The notes under the pieces: generated by a model | Told to the model about the DNA's origin: nothing | Seen by the model: only the letters and a program-made list of their open reading frames with translations | Database searches by the model: none | DNA from: Oscillospiraceae bacterium | Lineage (GTDB): Bacteria; Bacillota; Clostridia; Oscillospirales; Acutalibacteraceae | Direction of reading: 5' to 3' | Assembly (NCBI GenBank): GCA_022508785.1 | Contig: JAFLUN010000001.1 | Span: 12,971 to 74,762, forward strand | DNA: 61,792 nt | Translations under genes and position numbers: made by a program | In this document: one piece after another, positions 57,164-61,792 of the stretch | How the letters are laid out: each line of letters starts with the position of its first letter | How positions within the stretch are numbered: position 1 is the first letter of the stretch

Positions 57164-58036
57164 TTAAATCGTATTTTTTGACCAAATTGCCGATGCTCCG
57201 CAGGGTAACACAAGCCCTTTTGAAGAGGTTTTAAGCCCTATTTCACTGCCCGTTACCTCTCCGCCGAATTTTTTCTTTACGACAGCGCCTAAAATATATT
57301 CCATAACGGACGGAGACAACCCCGTTGTATAGGAATTTATAAGCATCATAAGCGGATCGTCGGACAAAACCTCGGTGCAAAGCTCCACAAAGCCGTAAAC
57401 CTCGTTTTCAAGCTTCCAAACCTCACCGCCCGGTCCTCTGCCGTAAGAGGGCGGGTCCATAATGATTATGTCGTACCTGTTTCCTCTGCGAATTTCACGC
57501 TGAACAAATTTAATACAGTCGTCAACTATCCAGCGAACGGGTCTATCTGCAACGCCTGAGGATACGGCATTTTCCTTTGCCCAAAGTGTCATTCCCTTTG
57601 ACGCGTCAACGTGAACAACCGATGCCCCTGCCTTGAGAGCTGAAACCGTTGCGCCGCCCGTATATGCAAATAAATTGAGAACACGAACTGGTCTGCCTGC
57701 GTTTTTGATTATGTCTGCTGTTAAATCCCAATTTACCGCCTGCTCAGGAAAAAGACCCGTGTGCTTAAAGCCCATTGTTTTAATGTTAAAGGTTAAATCC
57801 CTGTAGTTTACAGTCCAAAAATCGGGAATTTTATGTATTATTTCCCAATTTCCTCCGCCCGAATTTGAGCGGTGATAAATTGCATCTGCCTTGTGCCATA
57901 AAGGATTTTCCTTTTCGGTTTTCCAAATAACCTGCGGGTCGGGGCGAATGAGGGTAACGTTACCCCAACGCTCAAGCCGTTCGCCGAAGGAGCTGTCTAT
58001 AAGCTCATAATCCTGCCATTTATCTGCAATGCGCAT
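57164..58036 (-). CDS. Class I SAM-dependent methyltransferase (RlmI/RlmK catalytic-domain-like, no PUA domain)
   Basis: VLNLFAYTGGATVSA (motif I) and IIMDPPSYGRG (motif IV, DPP). Confidence 0.7.
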   Translation of the reverse strand: MRIADKWQDYELIDSSFGERLERWGNVTLIRPDPQVIWKTEKENPLWHKADAIYHRSNSGGGNWEIIHKIPDFWTVNYRDLTFNIKTMGFKHTGLFPEQAVNWDLTADIIKNAGRPVRVLNLFAYTGGATVSALKAGASVVHVDASKGMTLWAKENAVSSGVADRPVRWIVDDCIKFVQREIRRGNRYDIIIMDPPSYGRGPGGEVWKLENEVYGFVELCTEVLSDDPLMMLINSYTTGLSPSVMEYILGAVVKKKFGGEVTGSEIGLKTSSKGLVLPCGASAIWSKNTI

Positions 58037-59385
58037 TATACTAACCTTTCTTCAATAACCTTTGCTATACACTCTGCCAAATACTTAATTTTATCGTAAT
58101 CCTTGCCCTCAAGCATTACACGGACTAAAGGCTCCGTTCCCGACACACGCACAAGAACACGCCCGTCGTCACCCAACTCTTCACTGGCTTCTCTGATTGC
58201 AAGCTGAACCTCTTCGTCCTTTTCAAGCCTTGTTTTGCCAAAATTCGATACACGGACGTTGATAAGAACCTGCGGAAATACCTGCATTTCATTTGCAAGC
58301 TCCGAAATCTTTTTGCCCGTTCTTTTTAAAACATTTAAAACCTGAATTGCCGACATTTGCCCGTCACCCGTTGTGGCGTGGTCAAGGAAAATAATGTGAC
58401 CTGACTGCTCACCGCCGATTGAATAGCCGTTTGCAACCATATTTTCAAGAACATATCTGTCCCCTACTTTTGTTTTTTCACAATGAATACCGTTATCCTC
58501 ACAGAACTTAAAGAAGCCCATATTACTCATTACGGTGACAACGGCAGTATCTTTCTTAAGATTTCCATGCTGTTTCATATATTTTGCGCAAAGGGCAATT
58601 ACCTTGTCGCCGTCAATAATTTCGCCGTCTTCATCTACGATAAGCATTCTGTCTGCATCGCCGTCAAAGGCAAAGCCTATGTCACACTTATTCTCAACTA
58701 CGAACTTTTGAAGACCCTTCATATGAGTGGAGCCGCAATTTTCGTTTATGTTTGTGCCGTTAGGCTCTGCATTGATTATATAACACTCGGCGCCCAAACG
58801 GGTAAACAACGCCTTTGCGGTAACGGAAGCCGAGCCGTTTGCACAGTCAAGAGCAATTTTCATACCCTTAAAATCGCCGTCTGAGGTCATAGCCAAATGG
58901 AAAATGTAATCGTCAACGGCGGAATTTGAAAAAGAAATACTGCCCACGTCTCCGCCCAGCATTACGGGGGGGATTTTCGTTTCATCAAGAATTATTTCTT
59001 CTATTTCATTTTCAAGCTCATCGGGAAGCTTGTATCCGTTATATTGGAAAATTTTAATTCCGTTATATTCACAAGGGTTATGCGATGCGGAAATCATCAC
59101 GCCTGCATCGTAATTATACTCCCTAACAAGAAATGCAACTGCCGGTGTGGGAACAACGTCTAAAATGAGCACGTCTGCGCCCACTGAGCAAAGCCCTGCG
59201 CTGATGGCAGAAGCGAGCATATGTGAGGATGCTCTTGTGTCCATACCGATTAAAACCTTCGGCTTATGAGAGCAGCTCTCCGTTAAAACCATTGCGGCGG
59301 CTCTGCCGATTTTCATTGCCAGCTCACATGAAAGCTCACTGTTTGCAACGCCGCGTGCGCCGTCTGTTCCGAATAATCTTCCCAT
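58036..59385 (-). CDS. glmM: Phosphoglucosamine mutase
   Basis: LFGTDGARG, SASHNP, DGDADR and GGEQSGH motifs. Confidence 0.93.
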   Translation of the reverse strand: MGRLFGTDGARGVANSELSCELAMKIGRAAAMVLTESCSHKPKVLIGMDTRASSHMLASAISAGLCSVGADVLILDVVPTPAVAFLVREYNYDAGVMISASHNPCEYNGIKIFQYNGYKLPDELENEIEEIILDETKIPPVMLGGDVGSISFSNSAVDDYIFHLAMTSDGDFKGMKIALDCANGSASVTAKALFTRLGAECYIINAEPNGTNINENCGSTHMKGLQKFVVENKCDIGFAFDGDADRMLIVDEDGEIIDGDKVIALCAKYMKQHGNLKKDTAVVTVMSNMGFFKFCEDNGIHCEKTKVGDRYVLENMVANGYSIGGEQSGHIIFLDHATTGDGQMSAIQVLNVLKRTGKKISELANEMQVFPQVLINVRVSNFGKTRLEKDEEVQLAIREASEELGDDGRVLVRVSGTEPLVRVMLEGKDYDKIKYLAECIAKVIEERLV

Positions 59386-59409
59386 ATATAATCTAATCCC
59401 CTTAAAATA

Positions 59410-60432
59410 TTATAGTAAAGATGTCTGGTGCTCTAATTTTAAATGCTTGTAAGCGAGGGGGGTAGCCACTCTGCCCCTGGGTGTTTTTGCCAAGAAGCCT
59501 ATCTGCATAAGATAAGGCTCATAAACGTCCTCAATGGTAACTGCCTCTTCGCCTATGGTGGCGGCGATAGTTTCAAGCCCTACGGGGCCGCCGTTAAAGT
59601 TTCTTATCATAGTTGTGAGCATTAAACGGTCAATATTGTCAAGACCTTTTTCGTCAATTTCCATTCTGCCGAGAGCAATTTTTGCATTGTCACGGTCGAT
59701 TACGCCGTTGCTCATAACCTGCGCAAAGTCCCTTGCGCGCTTTAAAAGTCTGTTTGCAATTCTGGGTGTTCCTCTTGAACGCGACGCTATTTCAAGGGCT
59801 CCGTCGTCCTCGGTGAAAATATCAAGTATTCCTGCGCTGCGCTTTACAATCTCGGCAAGCTCTTCGGGCGTGTAAAGCTCCAATCGGAGAATTACGCCGA
59901 ATCGGTCACGAAGAGGAGCTGTAAGCTGACCTGCCCTTGTTGTCGCGCCCACAAGCGTAAAATGAGGCAAGTCAAGCCTTATTGAACGGGCGGAAGGCCC
60001 TTTGCCAATAATAATATCAAGGGCATTATCCTCCATAGCAGGGTAAAGAACCTCTTCAACGGCACGGGACAGACGGTGAATTTCATCAATAAACAAAACG
60101 TCTCCGTCATTAAGATTTGTAAGAAGCGCCGCTAAATCACCCGGCTTTTCAATGGCAGGGCCGCTCGTTACTCTTATTTGTACTCCCATTTCATTGGCAA
60201 TTATGCCTGCAAGGGTTGTTTTGCCAAGACCGGGCGGGCCGTAAAGCAAAACGTGGTCAAGAGTTTCCCCTCGGTTTTTAGCCGCATCAATATAGATTTT
60301 TAAATTCTCCTTAACCTTCTCCTGACCGATGTATTCGTTAAGAGTTTTTGGGCGGAGAGAATTTTCAATATCTTTATCGGTTTCGGTAAAATCGGGAGTT
60401 ATTATACGGTTTTCATTATTTTCAAAATCCAT
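59410..60432 (-). CDS. ruvB: Holliday junction branch migration helicase RuvB
   Basis: [12 protein letters not shown], Walker [16 protein letters not shown]. Confidence 0.95.
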   Translation of the reverse strand: MDFENNENRIITPDFTETDKDIENSLRPKTLNEYIGQEKVKENLKIYIDAAKNRGETLDHVLLYGPPGLGKTTLAGIIANEMGVQIRVTSGPAIEKPGDLAALLTNLNDGDVLFIDEIHRLSRAVEEVLYPAMEDNALDIIIGKGPSARSIRLDLPHFTLVGATTRAGQLTAPLRDRFGVILRLELYTPEELAEIVKRSAGILDIFTEDDGALEIASRSRGTPRIANRLLKRARDFAQVMSNGVIDRDNAKIALGRMEIDEKGLDNIDRLMLTTMIRNFNGGPVGLETIAATIGEEAVTIEDVYEPYLMQIGFLAKTPRGRVATPLAYKHLKLEHQTSLL

Positions 60433-60441
60433 AATCTACTC

Positions 60442-61038
60442 CTATTTAGAAAGCAGTTTTAACGCCTGCTTAATAAGTTCTTCAACTGAAAGTGACGGGT
60501 CAAGATTGCTGACTGCAAGAGATGCTTCGGACTGGTTGTACCCGAGCATTACAAGGGCGGCAACCGCCTCTGCCGTAACGCTGTTCTTTGAAACGGACGA
60601 AACCGCAGCAACATCTTCCTGTGTGCCCACTGACAGTGCGCCGATTTTATCTTTAAGTTCCAAAGTAATTCTCTGCGCCAGCTTTGCGCCAATGCCTGCG
60701 GCTTTTGTAAGAGCTTTATAATCCCCTGCCGCAATGCTTAAAATGATTTTATCTGGCGTGTATTCGGAAAGCAGCGACAGCGCCATTTTTGCGCCCACTC
60801 CCGAAACATTTATCAGCATTTTAAAGCAGTCAAGCTCTTCCTTGTCGTAAAACCCGTAAAGCTCAATAGCGTCCTCACGGACATTAAGATGTGTAAAAAG
60901 AGTTACCTTTTCGCCAATAATTGAGCATTTACTTGCAGTTTGCATACTTGTGAAGCAGAGAAAAGCAACTCCGCCTGCCTCAACCGCTACAAAATTTGTG
61001 CTGTAATCAACAACGTTGCCTGAAACTGAATAGAACAT
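60442..61038 (-). CDS. ruvA: Holliday junction DNA-binding protein RuvA
   Basis: OB-fold N-terminus, the HhH region LINVSGVGAKMAL...IGAKLAQRI, and its position between ruvC and ruvB. Confidence 0.9.
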   Translation of the reverse strand: MFYSVSGNVVDYSTNFVAVEAGGVAFLCFTSMQTASKCSIIGEKVTLFTHLNVREDAIELYGFYDKEELDCFKMLINVSGVGAKMALSLLSEYTPDKIILSIAAGDYKALTKAAGIGAKLAQRITLELKDKIGALSVGTQEDVAAVSSVSKNSVTAEAVAALVMLGYNQSEASLAVSNLDPSLSVEELIKQALKLLSK

Positions 61039-61041
61039 AAA

Positions 61042-61539
61042 CTACCTCATTTGTAATCTTCCGAGCATTGAACCGCTGGCGTGAGCGTGGCAAATTGCCA
61101 TTGCAAGAGCGTCTGCCGTGTCATCTGGCTTCGGAATTTTTTCCAGCTTTAAAATAACCCTCGTCATTTCCTGAACCTGCTTTTTTTCCGCTCTGCCGTA
61201 GCCTACTACACTTTGCTTTACCTGCAAGGGAGTATATTCAAAAATCGGAATATTATTCTGCACTGCCGCAAGGTTGATAACTCCCCTCGCCTGAGCTACG
61301 TCAATAACAGTTTTTGCGTTGGTGTTATAGAAAAGCTTTTCAATTGCCAAAGCCTGCGGTGAATAGCGTTTCATTATGGCATCAATACCATCGTAAACTT
61401 GTTTTAGACGGTCGTTAAAAGGAGTTTTCGCCTCAGTCGTAACCGCGCCGTAATCTATAACACTAAACTTATTGGCGTTGTATTCAATTACTCCCCAGCC
61501 GACTATTGCATAGCCGGGGTCTATGCCTAAAATTATCAC
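61042..61539 (-). CDS. ruvC: Crossover junction endodeoxyribonuclease RuvC
   Basis: ILGIDPG...GWGVI, with C-terminal DDTADALAMAICH. Confidence 0.92.
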   Translation of the reverse strand: MIILGIDPGYAIVGWGVIEYNANKFSVIDYGAVTTEAKTPFNDRLKQVYDGIDAIMKRYSPQALAIEKLFYNTNAKTVIDVAQARGVINLAAVQNNIPIFEYTPLQVKQSVVGYGRAEKKQVQEMTRVILKLEKIPKPDDTADALAMAICHAHASGSMLGRLQMR

Positions 61540-61674
61540 GATACACTACCTCACATTAAATTCATAGTATTATAACATAATGTGTATTAAATATCAAGAA
61601 AAACATTGTCTGTTCAAAGCCAAAATGTTTATATTTATTACTTAGTGTAAACACCCTACAAACCGACAAAATTT

Positions 61675-61706
61675 TAGCCGTATACTTAAAGAAGCATACG
61701 GCTTAG
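61675..61706 (-). terminator. Possible terminator after the truncated upstream gene
   Basis: The AGCCGTAT/ATACGGCT stem on the minus strand is followed by AAAAUUUUG, a weak U-tract. Confidence 0.35.
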
Positions 61707-61712
61707 GAAAAG

Positions 61713-61792
61713 TTATTTTTTATTATTTTTATCCCTTTCACGGATTACAAATTTTGTGGGCGTGCCTTCAAGACCGAACACCTCACGGATTT
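61713..61792 (-). CDS. 3' end of a CDS running off the window, probably GTPase Der (EngA)
   Basis: The minus-strand frame reads ..IREVFGLEGTPTKFVIRERDKNNKK*, resembling the Der C-terminal ..LRE.F.F.GTPI.. motif. Only 26 codons are visible. Confidence 0.4.
   Translation of the reverse strand, partial: IREVFGLEGTPTKFVIRERDKNNKK

Noticed and set aside
1-61792. Search for CRISPR repeats, IS elements or transposases, integrases, phage modules, toxin-antitoxin pairs and defence islands
   Set aside because: I found no regularly spaced direct repeats, no terminal inverted repeats flanking genes, and no recombinase, transposase or phage-like ORFs. Gene content and synteny are those of a conserved core region.

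Overview
This window looks like a chromosomal core region of a moderately AT-rich, endospore-forming Clostridia-class Firmicute. The sporulation and germination genes support that: spoIIP, gpr, an alpha/beta SASP, a pdaA-like deacetylase, spoVAE, ypeB, a SpoIID-domain protein, a SigH-like sigma factor and whiA.

About 75 CDS are supported, nearly all on the minus strand, which suggests one replichore's leading strand. The main blocks are:
- serC-serA
- the folate operon folE-folP-folB-folK
- tig-clpP-clpX
- lepB-lepB-GNAT-rbgA-rnhB-yraN-thrC
- hprK-murB-rapZ-whiA
- rpsT/gpr/spoIIP
- a TPP riboswitch with thiT
- recD2
- RNase P RNA
- nifS-thiI-pncC
- ecfA1-ecfA2-ecfT-truA
- glmM
- ruvCAB

I saw no CRISPR array, transposase, integrase, prophage or recognisable defence island, so I cannot point to a clear new multi-gene system.

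The most unusual signal is a roughly 110-nt two-module 5' leader. It occurs three times upstream of non-homologous cell-envelope genes: a polyprenyl-phosphate sugar transferase, a degenerate LCP-like protein and a SpoIID-domain protein. I do not recognise it as a known riboswitch class.

Other points worth a second look:
- a fusion of a CinA-like cytoplasmic module, a transmembrane helix and a SpoIID domain
- two tandem class B sortases that share an atypical C-terminal tail
- comM interrupted by one in-frame TAG at a conserved Gln codon
- trigger factor with a Lys/Ala-rich tail
- rapZ directly abutting whiA with no yvcK
- several small ORFs below the track cutoff

All functional calls come from reading motifs in the translations by eye. 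No database search was run.
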